DNA of 40,884 nucleotides from a virus. The notes beneath the pieces are model-generated. The model worked only from the letters and a program-made list of their open reading frames with translations, made no database searches and had not been told where the DNA came from. Position 1 is the first letter of the stretch. Each line of letters opens with the position of its first letter. Position numbers and translations under genes: made by a program. The DNA is taken from the IMG/VR virus record IMGVR_UViG_3300045988_051648, positions 1 through 40,884 of that record; one strand, 5' to 3'. This document shows, piece by piece, positions 23,953-34,652 of the stretch.

Positions 23953-24375
23953 ATGACTTCAACTTCCACCGACTTCAAACCGACCGTCGAGGATTTCGAC
24001 CAGTGGACGGAAAAAAACGACGAGGAGGCGTTCGCCTCCATCGCGCGGAACTACAAGGTGCGCCACATCATCAAGGGCGATGTGTATTGGGCGCTCGTGC
24101 CCGGCGGACGCACGTACAAGCTTCCATTGTCGATGAGCATCGACGATTTCACCCGATTGTCGAACACGTCCGATGATACGGAGAGCGTCGAACAGCTCAA
24201 GCGCATGCTGAGCGCCTTCGCTGGCGACAAGCAGGCGGAGCAGCTGAACGGCGAACCGGTGCAGGTCGTGTTCAATCTTCTGTCCGACTATGGCGACGCG
24301 GTGGTGCGCTCGCAGGGCGCCTCACTGGGAAAATCCAATGGTTCTCCCGCCAGCTCGCCGAACACGGGAGCGTGA
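23953..24375 (+). CDS. Tail assembly chaperone (lambda gpG analogue)
   Basis: 140 aa, upstream of the tape measure gene. Contains the slippery site near its 3' end. Confidence 0.7.
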   Translation: MTSTSTDFKPTVEDFDQWTEKNDEEAFASIARNYKVRHIIKGDVYWALVPGGRTYKLPLSMSIDDFTRLSNTSDDTESVEQLKRMLSAFAGDKQAEQLNGEPVQVVFNLLSDYGDAVVRSQGASLGKSNGSPASSPNTGA

Positions 24376-24698
24376 TCCGAGCCGATTTCACGGCGCATGG
24401 GTGGAGTCTGCAGGCCGATCTTGGCGGCAGGCTCCGCTACGGCGACGCGATAGCGCTCCTCGAGCAGATTATCGGCGATCCGTCATCCTACACGGGCGCG
24501 GAGCTCAACGGCTTGGATTATCCGGTCCGGTGGGGTGAGATACCGGTCGTCTACGCGCTTGGCAGCGACGAGTATCCGAAGCCTTTCGATTCGCTTGCGA
24601 AACGATTGCGGGCGGATAGGGAGAAGGCCGAGCGTGAGCGGCTGCGCGAACAGACCAAGGGCATGAGCCCGGTTTTCCGGACTCTTTACGAAGACTGA
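23953..24698 (+). CDS. Tail assembly chaperone frameshift product (gpGT analogue)
   Basis: G_GGA_AAA lies at 24327-24333 in the zero frame. The -1 frame is open from there and runs into ORF 24372-24698. Confidence 0.7.
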
Positions 24699-24722
24699 AT
24701 AACTGAATAGTGGAGGTGCCGC

Positions 24723-27500
24723 ATGGCGTTCGGCAGCGAACTTGGTTCCGCGCACATCAGCGTGTTCCCCTCGATGAAGGGTTTCCGCAGCGTGGTCAAC
24801 AAGGAGGTCGGCGCGAGCGGCAAGGCCGCGTCGAAGGCTTTCGATTCGAGCATGAACGGCGGCAAAAGCGGCGGACTGTTCGGACGCGCGTTCAAAACCG
24901 GTTTCAAGCAGTCGGCGAACGATTTCAGTGCTGACGTGCTGAAATCCTATGAGCGTGACGTGGCGAAGTCCACGGCCGCATACCGTCAGGCCATGCTCCA
25001 GCAGAAGGCGGCGGCGAATCAGGTGCGTGCCGCCGAGGAAAGCGTCGCCAATGCCGTTGCCAAGCATGGTGAGGGCAGCACGCAGGCCGAGGCCGCGACC
25101 ATCAGGCTCGAACAGGCCCGGCTGAAGCTGTCCACCATGACCGACCGGGCGACGCAGTCCGAGAACCGGTTGAAGGATGCGCAGAAGGCGCTCAAGGATG
25201 CTCAGGACAATCTCGCTTCCAGCAGTGGTTCGCTTGGATCGGCGTTCAAGAATCTTGGTTCGGCGATAATCCAGCCGGTCTCCGGCGCGTTCGGACGGGT
25301 CAAAAACGTGGCAACGTCGGCGTTCTCCGGCATCGCCACGAAAGCCCGCGACGGCATGAGCGCTGCCGGTACTGCGATGCAATCCACCGCGTCACGGCTT
25401 ACCGCGCCATTGTCTGCGAAGTTCTCGTCGATGAGCTCGGCCATCGCGGCAAGGATACCAGCGCCTTTTAAAAACGTCAGCAATGCCATCGGCGGCTATC
25501 TCGGCAACGTCGGCGGCGCGGTCGGCGGCGTGCTTTCGCAGATTCCGGGAGCCGCCGGCAGTGTCGCGTCGGCGATAGGCTCCAAGCTCAAAAGCGGCGC
25601 AGACACCGCATGGAATGCGATCAGTTCCATGTCGGGCAAGGCCGTCGGCGCGTTGAAGGGCGTCGCCACGGTCGGACTGGCTGGCGTCGGCACCGCCGTC
25701 GCGGCTTTGGCTGGCGTCGGCAAGAGCGCTCTCGACGCATACGCGACATACGAGCAGGCCGTCGGCGGCGTGGACACGCTGTTCAAGGACGCTTCGGGCA
25801 CCGTGCAGAAATACGCGGCGGAAGCGTACCGGACAGCCGGAGTGAGCGCCAACGAGTACATGACGCAGGTCACGAGCTTTTCCGCCTCGCTGATCAGCTC
25901 GCTCGGCGGCGACACCGCGAAGGCCGCGGAACTCGGCAACACCGCCATGGTCGACATGTCGGACAACGCCAACAAGATGGGCACCGACATCGAGTCCATC
26001 CAACAGACCTACCAGTCTCTGGCGCGCGGCAACTACGCCATGCTCGACAATCTAAAGCTCGGCTACGGCGGCACGAAATCCGAGATGGAGCGTCTGATCC
26101 AGGACGCGAACAAGGTCAAGCAGGCGAACGGGGAGATGGGCGACCTGTCCATCGACAAGTTTTCCGACGTGGTGCAGGCCATCCACATCATGCAGGAGCA
26201 GATGGGCATCAGCGGCACTACCGCCAAGGAGGCCGCGACAACCATCGAGGGCTCCGTCGGCATGATGAAGGCCGCATGGCAGAACTGGCTGGCGGAGCTT
26301 GGCAAGGACAATGCCGACATCAACGGGTTGACCAAGCAGTTGGTCGACTCGGTCGGCACTGTCATTAAGAACGTGGGTCCGCGCATCGCGCAGATCATCA
26401 CCGGCATCACCGCCGCACTGCCGCAACTGTTCTCCTCATTGGGCAGCACGCTGCCGGCACTGGTCATGCAGATACTGCCGCCGGTGCTCGGAGCGTTGGG
26501 GCAGCTCGGAACGATGCTGCTGACCAGCGCGACGACATGGATCTCGACGAGCCTGCCGCAACTGCTCGCCCAGTTCCAGTCGTGGGTGACGTCCAGCCTG
26601 CCGTCGTTCCTGCAATCCGGACTGTCGATGGTCACGAACCTGTTGCAGGGCATCGTGCAGGCTTTGCCGCAGATCGCTTCCACGGCGGTGACGGTGCTGA
26701 CGACGCTGTTGGATGGATTGTCGGCCCAGTTGCCGCAGCTCATCCCCATCGGAATCAACGCCGTCCTTAACCTCGTGCAAGGCATCCTCAACAACCTGCC
26801 GCAGATCATCGACAGTGGTTTGAAGCTTATCCTCGGACTGGCGCAGGGCCTCATCAACGCCATGCCGGACTTGGTAGGCAAGGCTCCGATCCTTATCGGA
26901 CAACTGGTCGGTGGCATCATCAATCGTCTCCCGCAGATCCTGCAGGCTGGCGTACAGCTGCTCTTCGCACTGGCCAACGGTTTCATTTCGTCGGTTCCAC
27001 GGCTTATCGGCGCCATCCCCGGCATGGTCGGCCAGATCATGCGCGGTTTCACATCGGTTAACTGGGGTAGCGTCGGACTGAATATCATCACCGGAATCGC
27101 GACCGGCATCGCAGGCGCGGCAGGCAGGCTCGTGACTGCCGCTGTCAACGCGGCCACGAACGCGTTGGATTGGGTGAAACGCAGGCTTGGCATCCATTCT
27201 CCGTCACGCGTGTTCCGCGATCAGGTCGGTGAGATGATCGGCGAGGGCATGGCGGTCGGCATTGACGAGAGCGCGTCGAAGGTGAAGAAGGCGGCCGGAC
27301 GATTGACTGGCATTCTGCCTTCGCAGGACGCCTCGTATTCCGTCGGCGTCGCCAACGCCTCGCGTGGCGTTAACGCTGCAGCTTACGGCAATGGTGGGAG
27401 CGTGACGAACATCACGCAGACGTTCAACTATCCGGCGATCGCGCCGACGAGCATTTCCACGCAGCAGAAGTTGCAGACAGCGGCCATGCCGCAATGGTGA
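24723..27500 (+). CDS. Tape measure protein
   Basis: 925 aa, Ala/Gly-rich and helical, with C-terminal hydrophobic repeats. Canonical position. Confidence 0.85.
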   Translation: MAFGSELGSAHISVFPSMKGFRSVVNKEVGASGKAASKAFDSSMNGGKSGGLFGRAFKTGFKQSANDFSADVLKSYERDVAKSTAAYRQAMLQQKAAANQVRAAEESVANAVAKHGEGSTQAEAATIRLEQARLKLSTMTDRATQSENRLKDAQKALKDAQDNLASSSGSLGSAFKNLGSAIIQPVSGAFGRVKNVATSAFSGIATKARDGMSAAGTAMQSTASRLTAPLSAKFSSMSSAIAARIPAPFKNVSNAIGGYLGNVGGAVGGVLSQIPGAAGSVASAIGSKLKSGADTAWNAISSMSGKAVGALKGVATVGLAGVGTAVAALAGVGKSALDAYATYEQAVGGVDTLFKDASGTVQKYAAEAYRTAGVSANEYMTQVTSFSASLISSLGGDTAKAAELGNTAMVDMSDNANKMGTDIESIQQTYQSLARGNYAMLDNLKLGYGGTKSEMERLIQDANKVKQANGEMGDLSIDKFSDVVQAIHIMQEQMGISGTTAKEAATTIEGSVGMMKAAWQNWLAELGKDNADINGLTKQLVDSVGTVIKNVGPRIAQIITGITAALPQLFSSLGSTLPALVMQILPPVLGALGQLGTMLLTSATTWISTSLPQLLAQFQSWVTSSLPSFLQSGLSMVTNLLQGIVQALPQIASTAVTVLTTLLDGLSAQLPQLIPIGINAVLNLVQGILNNLPQIIDSGLKLILGLAQGLINAMPDLVGKAPILIGQLVGGIINRLPQILQAGVQLLFALANGFISSVPRLIGAIPGMVGQIMRGFTSVNWGSVGLNIITGIATGIAGAAGRLVTAAVNAATNALDWVKRRLGIHSPSRVFRDQVGEMIGEGMAVGIDESASKVKKAAGRLTGILPSQDASYSVGVANASRGVNAAAYGNGGSVTNITQTFNYPAIAPTSISTQQKLQTAAMPQW

Positions 27501-27516
27501 TTGGGAGGTTTCGCGC

Positions 27517-28422
27517 ATGAAGGTCAGCTATTCTCTCAACGGCCAGCCGCTCGATTCCGAGCGGATGCGCGTGCTTGTCGGCACGACGCACTACACGGCG
27601 CTGTCGCCGATCGTTGACACCGTGCAGGTGCCAGGACGGCACGGCTTCATCGTCGGCTCGTCCATTCCGGTGTTGGATGCTCCGGAGCTGACAGTCAAGG
27701 TGGCGGCGTGGGGTGCGGATGCCGATTCGCTGATCGCACGCTTCCGCGCCATGTGCCTGTATGCGTCGAAGCTCACGCTCGGCAAAACGGAGACAACGGA
27801 TGACGGCTATTCGCGCAGCATGGTCACTCGCGTTGTGTGCACGTCCTGCGAGCCGGACGATGATGAGAGGCCGTTCAGTGACCTGCGCGTCATGACCGCC
27901 GTTTTTCAACTGCCTGACGTGTTTTGGCGTGGCGTGCAGTGGCAGGAGCGCACCTTGGACGCGACCGGCGGCCTCCTGCTGGCCGGTAGTGTCGATAAGC
28001 CCAGTGACAAGGGGTATTGGACGCGCTGGGCTGGATTGCCGAACGCCTCGCCCTCGCAGCTTTTCGACACCATCCCCGGGGGCTGGCTGTCCAATGCACC
28101 ACTCACCACGCTGGTATTGCGCTTCGGTGCCGCCACCGGCATGACCATCGCAGATCCGGTGAGTGGCACGAATCTCATGTGGGGCGGCAAACGCGACGCC
28201 TCACGACCTTACCTCTTCGTCGATGTGGCCAATCGCAAGGCGTGGACGGCGGCCAATGCCGACGCATGGTCGGGCGGCACGGATGTGACGTCCGGCGTCG
28301 ACTGGACCACCGAACCACTGCAAGTGTGGCCCGCAATCGATTCCGGCGATTATCGCCTCGCAATCAAACAGACCGGCGGCACCGACAAGGTGGTCTGCCG
28401 GTTTTTGCAATCCTGGGAGTGA
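27517..28422 (+). CDS. Distal tail protein (Dit-like)
   Basis: 301 aa directly after the tape measure gene. Carries one GYWTRWAGLPNASPS motif that is shared with the fibre. Confidence 0.6.
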   Translation: MKVSYSLNGQPLDSERMRVLVGTTHYTALSPIVDTVQVPGRHGFIVGSSIPVLDAPELTVKVAAWGADADSLIARFRAMCLYASKLTLGKTETTDDGYSRSMVTRVVCTSCEPDDDERPFSDLRVMTAVFQLPDVFWRGVQWQERTLDATGGLLLAGSVDKPSDKGYWTRWAGLPNASPSQLFDTIPGGWLSNAPLTTLVLRFGAATGMTIADPVSGTNLMWGGKRDASRPYLFVDVANRKAWTAANADAWSGGTDVTSGVDWTTEPLQVWPAIDSGDYRLAIKQTGGTDKVVCRFLQSWE

Positions 28423-28425
28423 TTC

Positions 28426-31400
28426 ATGGCAAAGACTTTGCATGCTCGTCTCGTGGCATACCGGCCTTTCGGCGCGCGTATCGGCGTTCTTGCGGAGCCG
28501 GTGAGCTTTAGCGCGTCCATGCTCCACGATGATGACGGCGCAATCAGCATCGAATATTCGATGCTGTCCGGTGACGCGCAGGCGTTCGACCGTGAGCTGA
28601 CCGATGGCCTGGAAGTGGCCGTGGAAGTGTCGGACGGCACCGGCTATCGCGAGCCGGACAATGCGCGATTCGTCATCACCGGACGCTCCGGCAAGACCGA
28701 TGACCGCACTCGCACCGTCACCTATTCCGGCCAGTCGATCAGCTGGCTCCTGAGCAAGGCGGAAAACAATGATTCCACCCATCTGCTCACGGACGGCGAC
28801 AACAAGGGCAAGAGGCCCTTCTATTCAGCCAATCCGGGTGTGATTCTCAAGACCTTGCTGGACGAGAACAAGGCGCGTGGCGGCGTGGCCACCGGCCTGA
28901 CGCTCGGCTTCGACACCGCGAAGGATGCTGGCGGCGCGGCATGGGCGAGGAAATACACCTTGTATTACAGCCTTGGCACTGATTTGCAGACCATCCTGAG
29001 TGCTCTTGTCAATGGTGGCGGCTGCGACTGGCGCACGTCAGGTAGGACGCTCAAGCTGTGGAATGCGGACAGCACCGCATTGAGCCGTGACCTGAGCAAG
29101 AGTATTGTGCTGCAGCTTGCGCGTGACATCAGCGAGGCACCCTTCGAGGAGTCCATCGCTGACCTCGCGTCCACCGTCCTCGTCGAGGGTGACAATAACC
29201 TCCTCTTCCGCATGGATAATCCGGCCGCGCCGACACCGTGGGGCAAGTGGGAATCCTATTCGTCGCAGGGCGGCGTGTCCGACAAGGACACCGCCCAGGC
29301 ATTCATGCAATCCACGCTGGATGACGCGGCTCGTGTGCGTGGTCAGTACACGCGCGATCTGGTGACCGCGAATGTGGATAATCTGCCGCTCATCGACTAT
29401 CATGCGGGCGATTGGATTACCGCCCCTACCGTGGCTCACGGCGAGAAGGTGCGCGTGCAGGAAATCGACCTGAGCATGCGCCAGAATGAGGGATTAAGCG
29501 CTTCAATCGCCTTGAACGACATCAAATATGACGCTTCCGTGCGTCAGGCGAAGAAAATCAAGGGCATCACTGGTGGTGCCGCGTTGGCCGGTAGCGAGGG
29601 CGGCACGACCGCCTCTTCCGACCGTGACCATCGCGTGCCGAAGGCTCCGCAGGGTCTGGTCGTGCAGACCGACGCCTACATCGGCTCGGACGGTTTCGCC
29701 CACGGCTTGGCCACCGCCATGTGGTCCGCAGTGACCGAAGCGACCAATGACACGGCCATTGAGATCAGCAATTATTCCGTCGAGTGGCGCAAGCACGTGG
29801 ACGGTGCGCCGTGGCATTCGGCCGGAACGACGGACAAGACGCAGCTGGGCTTCGGCAACCTTGACTGCGGCACTCAGATCGAGGTCAGGGTACGCGCCGT
29901 GCCAACGTATTCCGACAAGCTCGGCGAATGGTCGAGCATCGTCGTGGCCACCGTCGAATCCGACGTGACCCCGTGCTCCGTGCCGTCGAAGCCGGTGCTT
30001 TCCTCGGAATTGGGCGTGGTGACCATCCACTGGGATGGCAAGACCTCCACCGGCGCGTCGATGGAACCCGACTTCGACCACATCGAGGTCGGCGAGGGTG
30101 TCAATGCGGCTGGAATGCGGGTAATTTCCGCCACGCAGTCCGGTCAGGGCGATTATCTTGTGACCGGCCTCACGGGCGGCTCGCAGCACTCCTATGCGTT
30201 CCGCTCGGTGGACCATGCGGGCAATCGCTCCGCCTGGTCTGCCATCGCCACTGTGACCGTGGCTTCGGCTGTCTCTCCTGATGAGGTCAAACAGATTCAA
30301 AAAGATTTGGCTGATAATCAGACGGCTTTGAAGGATAATGCGGCGAAGCTGACGCAGGCGCAGAAGGACATTGCGGCGAATCAGCAGGCGCAGGCCGCCA
30401 CGTCGAAAGAGCTTGAAGCGGCCAAGGCCGACATCAAGGCCAATCAGTCGGCGATCGGCACGGCCAACGCCACGCTGAAGGACAACACCGACAAGCTGAC
30501 GCAGGCCCAGAAGGACATCCAAGCCAACAAGACTGGTCTTGACGCGGCGTCCAAAACGCTTGCCCAGGCCAAGACCGATTTGACGCAGGCGCAGAAGGAC
30601 ATTGCCCAGACCAAAAGCGACCTGACCACCGCGAATGGCGAGATCAGCAAGGCCAAGGAATCGGCGGCGCAGGCGTATGCCGAAGCCCACTCGAAGAATC
30701 ACACTTTTCGTGGGCCGGACGAGCCGAAGGACAATCTGATCGTCGGCGACCTGTGGCTCAAGACGCAGAAGTATTGGACTCGCTGGCAGGGTGAGAAGAA
30801 TAATTCGCCGTCCATGCTGGCCGACTTCTACACGTACTGGCAAGGAACACCCGACAACAGCCCCTCCGTGCTCGTGCCGCTCGCTGATCGCGTGATTGAG
30901 ACGCTTGTCTGGGATGGCACCACGTGGAACCACATGGGCTATGCCGACGTGGAGCGCAATGCCGACGAAATCGCTCAGGCGAAGTCCGACATCGCGGACA
31001 ATGCCGCGAAGACCACCGACGCCAAGAAGACCGCCGAGAATGCCGCTGCCGCCGCGAAAAACGCGCAGGGCACGGCTGACACGGCCACTGGTGCGGCGAA
31101 GACCGCGCAGGATACCGCCAATGCGGCCAATACCGCCGCGAAGAGCGCTACCGCGACCGCCGGTCAGGCCAAGGACGCGGCCAATGCCGCCCAGACCGCC
31201 GCCGAAAGCGCGAAGAAGACCGCAGGCAATGCGGAGACGCTGGCCAACACCGCCAACGAATCCGCGAAAGCCGCCAAATCCGACGCTTCCACCGCCAAGA
31301 CGGATGCGGCCAATGCCAAGACCACCGCTGCCAATGCGTCGAGCGTGGCGACTCAGGCCAAGGCCACCGCCGATAGTGCGGCACAGTCCGCCACCGACGC

Positions 31401-33741
31401 GGCCACCGCCGCGAGGAAGGCGAATACCGCTGCCGCTGCCGCCGCTGGCGTGGCGAACGGCAAGGCCGACGTGCTTATCCAGGGCACGGCACCGGCCACG
31501 TCGATGCGCAAGGCTTCGACCTTGTGGATTGACACCACGAACGGTGCGAACACGCCGAAGCGCTGGAATGGCAGTGCTTGGGTGGCCGTGACCGACAAGG
31601 CCGCTACCGACGCCGCGAATGCGGCTGTCAAGGCGAATGATGCGGCCAAGACCGCTCAAGCCACCGCCGACAAGGCTTCGACCGCTGCCGCCAACGCGGC
31701 TTCTCAGGCTAATCAGGCTCAGGCCGCAGCCAAGAAGGCGCAGACAACCGCCGACGGCAAGAACCTCATCTACCGTGGCCCCGACGAACCGAATCATGAC
31801 GGTCTGAAGCCGGGCGACATGTGGTGGCGCACGCAAAAGTATTGGACGAGGTGGAAAGGCGAGAAGAACAATTCGCCGTCCATGCTGGCCGACTTCTACA
31901 CCTACTGGCAGGGAACGCCGAACGCTTCACCAAGCGTCTTGGTGCCGCTCGCTGATCGCGTGGTGGAAGTCCTGACATGGGACGGTACGAGATTCGAGCC
32001 ATTCGACCTCGTGGCGAACAACATCCTCGCTGCTGGAACCGTGGCCGCGAAGCATCTCGCTGCCGACTCCGTGACCGCTGAGAAGGTCAAGGCCAATGCC
32101 ATCACGGTGGACAAGCTGGCTGCGAATTCGGTCACGACTGAAAAGCTGGTGGCCGACGCGGTGACCGCCACGAAACTCGCCGCCAACTCGGTGCAGGCGC
32201 GGAACATCGTCGCACTGGCCATCACGTCCGACAAGATCGCGGCCAATTCGGTGACTACGGGCAAGCTGAAGGTCACTAAGGATATGACGGTGGCCTTGCT
32301 CAACGTCCACAAGATTCAGGCGGGCGACATTGCGGCTAATGCCATCACGACCGACAAGCTCGCCGCTGGCGCGGTCAATGCGGATAAATTGGCTGCTAAT
32401 TCGGTGACTGCTGGCAAGGTGCAGACCAATGCCATCGGCACCGACAAGCTCGCCGCGAATGCCGTCACGACCGCGAAGCTGAAGGTCACTGAGGATATGA
32501 CCGTGGCGCTGCTGAATGTGCATAAGATTCAGGCGGGCGACATCGCCGCCAATGCTGTCACGACCGATAAGCTGGCCGCCAACGCGGTGAATGCGGATAA
32601 GCTGGCTGCGAATTCGGTCAATGCGTCCAAGATTGTGACTGGTGCCATCACCGCCGACAAGCTCGCGGCGAATTCGGTGACGGCTGTCAAAATCGCGGCT
32701 GGCACTATCACGTCTGACAAGGTGGCGGCAGGCCAGTTCAAGGGCTACGTGTTCACCGGCGCCGTCTTCCAAAGCTCCGAGGCCGCGAACACCGGAATGA
32801 AGCTCAACTCGACCGCATTGCAAATGTGGGATTCCAGCCACAACCGCACCGTCTATCTTGACGGCGAAGGCAAGTCGAATGTGCTGACCGGCACCTTCCA
32901 GACCCGCACGAGCGGGCACAGGGTGCGTATCAGTCCGGATTACAAGTCGCACGCGATTGCCGGGTCGGAGACTTTTACCGGTGACGGATTGGAGTTTTTG
33001 GCGTACAAGGATTCGATCGCATATTACAACTATCCTACGGTCGCGTCGCTCATCGAATCGAATCAGGTCGGCTTGATGAGCGAATTGGACTTGTGGAGCG
33101 GATACGTGAGCAAGAACGACCCCGCTGCTTTCATGAGTCTCAAATCGAAGCCTCGTGCGAAAGGCGGCACCGGCAGCGGCGTCACGTCACAAGTGTATCT
33201 GCACGCCGACACGAATTATGACGAGTCCGACTTGTCGAAAAAAAGCTCCTCATGGCTCACCATGCATGGTGTCGGCGGATCGGGTGCAAGCGCGTATCTC
33301 AACGTGCGCAGTGATTCCGGCAGCTTGTGCGAGGTCGGCGTGCACTCGCAGGGCGCGAAGGCCCGCGCGTACTGCACCGCATCCGACGCGAACGGCGAAA
33401 TCGGCATGGTGTCCGACATCAGCGCAGGCTATCTCTACCTCGGCGGCTATCTTGGCGGCATCACAAGCCGTTTCACGTTTCAAAGCACCAATTGGCGCAT
33501 CTACCAGAACGCGACGCTAACCGCGGACTACACCGTGCCACAGACCACGTGGTCATGGACGCCGGCGAAATACGGCAGATACTACGGCGTGTGCAATTCC
33601 GACCTCAACTTTGGATCGATCTCCATGCACGTGTGCAACACCGGCGGCGCTGGATCGATGCAGGTCATGGGATACAACGCCGGAAACGGCACCTACAAGG
33701 GCGACATGTACGTCGACGCGTTCGCGTGGCTCGTCAAATAA
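28426..33741 (+). CDS. Tail-associated / minor tail fibre protein (Tal-like N-terminus, FN3-like domains, coiled-coil and Ala-rich repeats, DKLAANSVT repeat array)
   Basis: 1771 aa. FN3-like segments PKAPQGLVVQT and PSKPVLSS..IHWDG. Two internal module duplications. Confidence 0.75.
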   Translation: MAKTLHARLVAYRPFGARIGVLAEPVSFSASMLHDDDGAISIEYSMLSGDAQAFDRELTDGLEVAVEVSDGTGYREPDNARFVITGRSGKTDDRTRTVTYSGQSISWLLSKAENNDSTHLLTDGDNKGKRPFYSANPGVILKTLLDENKARGGVATGLTLGFDTAKDAGGAAWARKYTLYYSLGTDLQTILSALVNGGGCDWRTSGRTLKLWNADSTALSRDLSKSIVLQLARDISEAPFEESIADLASTVLVEGDNNLLFRMDNPAAPTPWGKWESYSSQGGVSDKDTAQAFMQSTLDDAARVRGQYTRDLVTANVDNLPLIDYHAGDWITAPTVAHGEKVRVQEIDLSMRQNEGLSASIALNDIKYDASVRQAKKIKGITGGAALAGSEGGTTASSDRDHRVPKAPQGLVVQTDAYIGSDGFAHGLATAMWSAVTEATNDTAIEISNYSVEWRKHVDGAPWHSAGTTDKTQLGFGNLDCGTQIEVRVRAVPTYSDKLGEWSSIVVATVESDVTPCSVPSKPVLSSELGVVTIHWDGKTSTGASMEPDFDHIEVGEGVNAAGMRVISATQSGQGDYLVTGLTGGSQHSYAFRSVDHAGNRSAWSAIATVTVASAVSPDEVKQIQKDLADNQTALKDNAAKLTQAQKDIAANQQAQAATSKELEAAKADIKANQSAIGTANATLKDNTDKLTQAQKDIQANKTGLDAASKTLAQAKTDLTQAQKDIAQTKSDLTTANGEISKAKESAAQAYAEAHSKNHTFRGPDEPKDNLIVGDLWLKTQKYWTRWQGEKNNSPSMLADFYTYWQGTPDNSPSVLVPLADRVIETLVWDGTTWNHMGYADVERNADEIAQAKSDIADNAAKTTDAKKTAENAAAAAKNAQGTADTATGAAKTAQDTANAANTAAKSATATAGQAKDAANAAQTAAESAKKTAGNAETLANTANESAKAAKSDASTAKTDAANAKTTAANASSVATQAKATADSAAQSATDAATAARKANTAAAAAAGVANGKADVLIQGTAPATSMRKASTLWIDTTNGANTPKRWNGSAWVAVTDKAATDAANAAVKANDAAKTAQATADKASTAAANAASQANQAQAAAKKAQTTADGKNLIYRGPDEPNHDGLKPGDMWWRTQKYWTRWKGEKNNSPSMLADFYTYWQGTPNASPSVLVPLADRVVEVLTWDGTRFEPFDLVANNILAAGTVAAKHLAADSVTAEKVKANAITVDKLAANSVTTEKLVADAVTATKLAANSVQARNIVALAITSDKIAANSVTTGKLKVTKDMTVALLNVHKIQAGDIAANAITTDKLAAGAVNADKLAANSVTAGKVQTNAIGTDKLAANAVTTAKLKVTEDMTVALLNVHKIQAGDIAANAVTTDKLAANAVNADKLAANSVNASKIVTGAITADKLAANSVTAVKIAAGTITSDKVAAGQFKGYVFTGAVFQSSEAANTGMKLNSTALQMWDSSHNRTVYLDGEGKSNVLTGTFQTRTSGHRVRISPDYKSHAIAGSETFTGDGLEFLAYKDSIAYYNYPTVASLIESNQVGLMSELDLWSGYVSKNDPAAFMSLKSKPRAKGGTGSGVTSQVYLHADTNYDESDLSKKSSSWLTMHGVGGSGASAYLNVRSDSGSLCEVGVHSQGAKARAYCTASDANGEIGMVSDISAGYLYLGGYLGGITSRFTFQSTNWRIYQNATLTADYTVPQTTWSWTPAKYGRYYGVCNSDLNFGSISMHVCNTGGAGSMQVMGYNAGNGTYKGDMYVDAFAWLVK

Positions 33742-33752
33742 GGAGGCATGTT

Positions 33753-34304
33753 TTGCAAACGGTTTTCGAAGGCGGGAACCTCGTCATCAGAGCGGAAACG
33801 GAAGGCGAGCGGGGGCTTGTGTGCGGCATGGACGCTATCGCCGCATGGCGGGCCCTGCTCGGCACGACGAGCGTCGCGGAGACGTGCGCGGCCATGATGC
33901 AGGCGCGCGAAACGGCCGGCTCGTACGATCCGCAGACCGGACGCAACGCGTACACGACAGCCTACGAGGGCTTGGAGGCTGCTTTGTCAGATACCGCGTC
34001 TGAAATCTCAATGCTTTCCACGGACGGCGAGGTGCAGGACGATCCGATGACGGCCGCACGCAACATGACGCGCGCGGCATTGGGACTGCCCACGATCACC
34101 AACGATGCGGACGCGGCCGTCCAGGCGGCCATGCTGTCGGGTGAAGCGGCCGATGCGACGCCGACCACCGGCATCGACACGGATTGCGTGGACGCCAAGG
34201 CCATCGGAAGGCTTTTCGCCACCGAAGCCATGCGTGCTGACTTGGACGAATGCGAGGAACGCTTTTACGAAGCGCTCATGCCAAGACAAAACCAACAGAA
34301 TTAA
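33753..34304 (+). CDS. Hypothetical tail-accessory protein
   Basis: TTG 33753 has AGGAGG 6 nt upstream. ATG 33829 is an alternative start. The upstream part of ORF 33327-34304 overlaps the fibre gene. Confidence 0.5.
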   Translation: MQTVFEGGNLVIRAETEGERGLVCGMDAIAAWRALLGTTSVAETCAAMMQARETAGSYDPQTGRNAYTTAYEGLEAALSDTASEISMLSTDGEVQDDPMTAARNMTRAALGLPTITNDADAAVQAAMLSGEAADATPTTGIDTDCVDAKAIGRLFATEAMRADLDECEERFYEALMPRQNQQN

Positions 34305-34315
34305 GGAGATTGATT

Positions 34316-34630
34316 ATGGCCGATGTGACCACTGAGACCACTACCGATACCGTGCCTGCCGTGACGCCCGCCGAGCCGTCTGGCGTGCTTGATTTGCGTC
34401 CGCCGAAGGAGTCGGTGCGCGCGGAATTGTGCCGATTGGGATTGGAGTTTTCCAGCGCTGACGGCACCGCCGAATCTTGGCGCGACTATCAGCGTGGCGT
34501 GCTTGCGACGTTCGACGATTCCGGCACGTCCGTCACGTTGACGGACGTGAAGACGAATCTCGGACGCACTTTGACGCTCGACGGACTTAAGGCCGTTACG
34601 CGTATCGATACGATGACCGCCGCCGACTAA
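34316..34630 (+). CDS. Hypothetical 104-aa protein
   Basis: ATG 34316 lies behind AAGGAGA. Followed by a strong terminator. Confidence 0.6.
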   Translation: MADVTTETTTDTVPAVTPAEPSGVLDLRPPKESVRAELCRLGLEFSSADGTAESWRDYQRGVLATFDDSGTSVTLTDVKTNLGRTLTLDGLKAVTRIDTMTAAD

Positions 34631-34652
34631 CCCGTATTTCCCAGTTTTTCAA

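Noticed and set aside
30896-31591. 231-aa Pro/Arg-rich + strand ORF in an alternative frame of the fibre gene.
   Set aside because: It is a by-product of the Ala-rich GCC/GCG repeats read out of frame. It has no start context.
29503-31836. 777-aa ORF on the - strand, antisense to the fibre gene. Similar long antisense ORFs occur at 17407-19074, 26063-27193, 31927-32952, 4887-5747 and 36708-37616.
   Set aside because: The sequences are Arg/Gly/Leu-rich and low-complexity, with no SD. Each is fully antisense to a well-supported structural gene. These are the typical shadow ORFs of GC-rich DNA.
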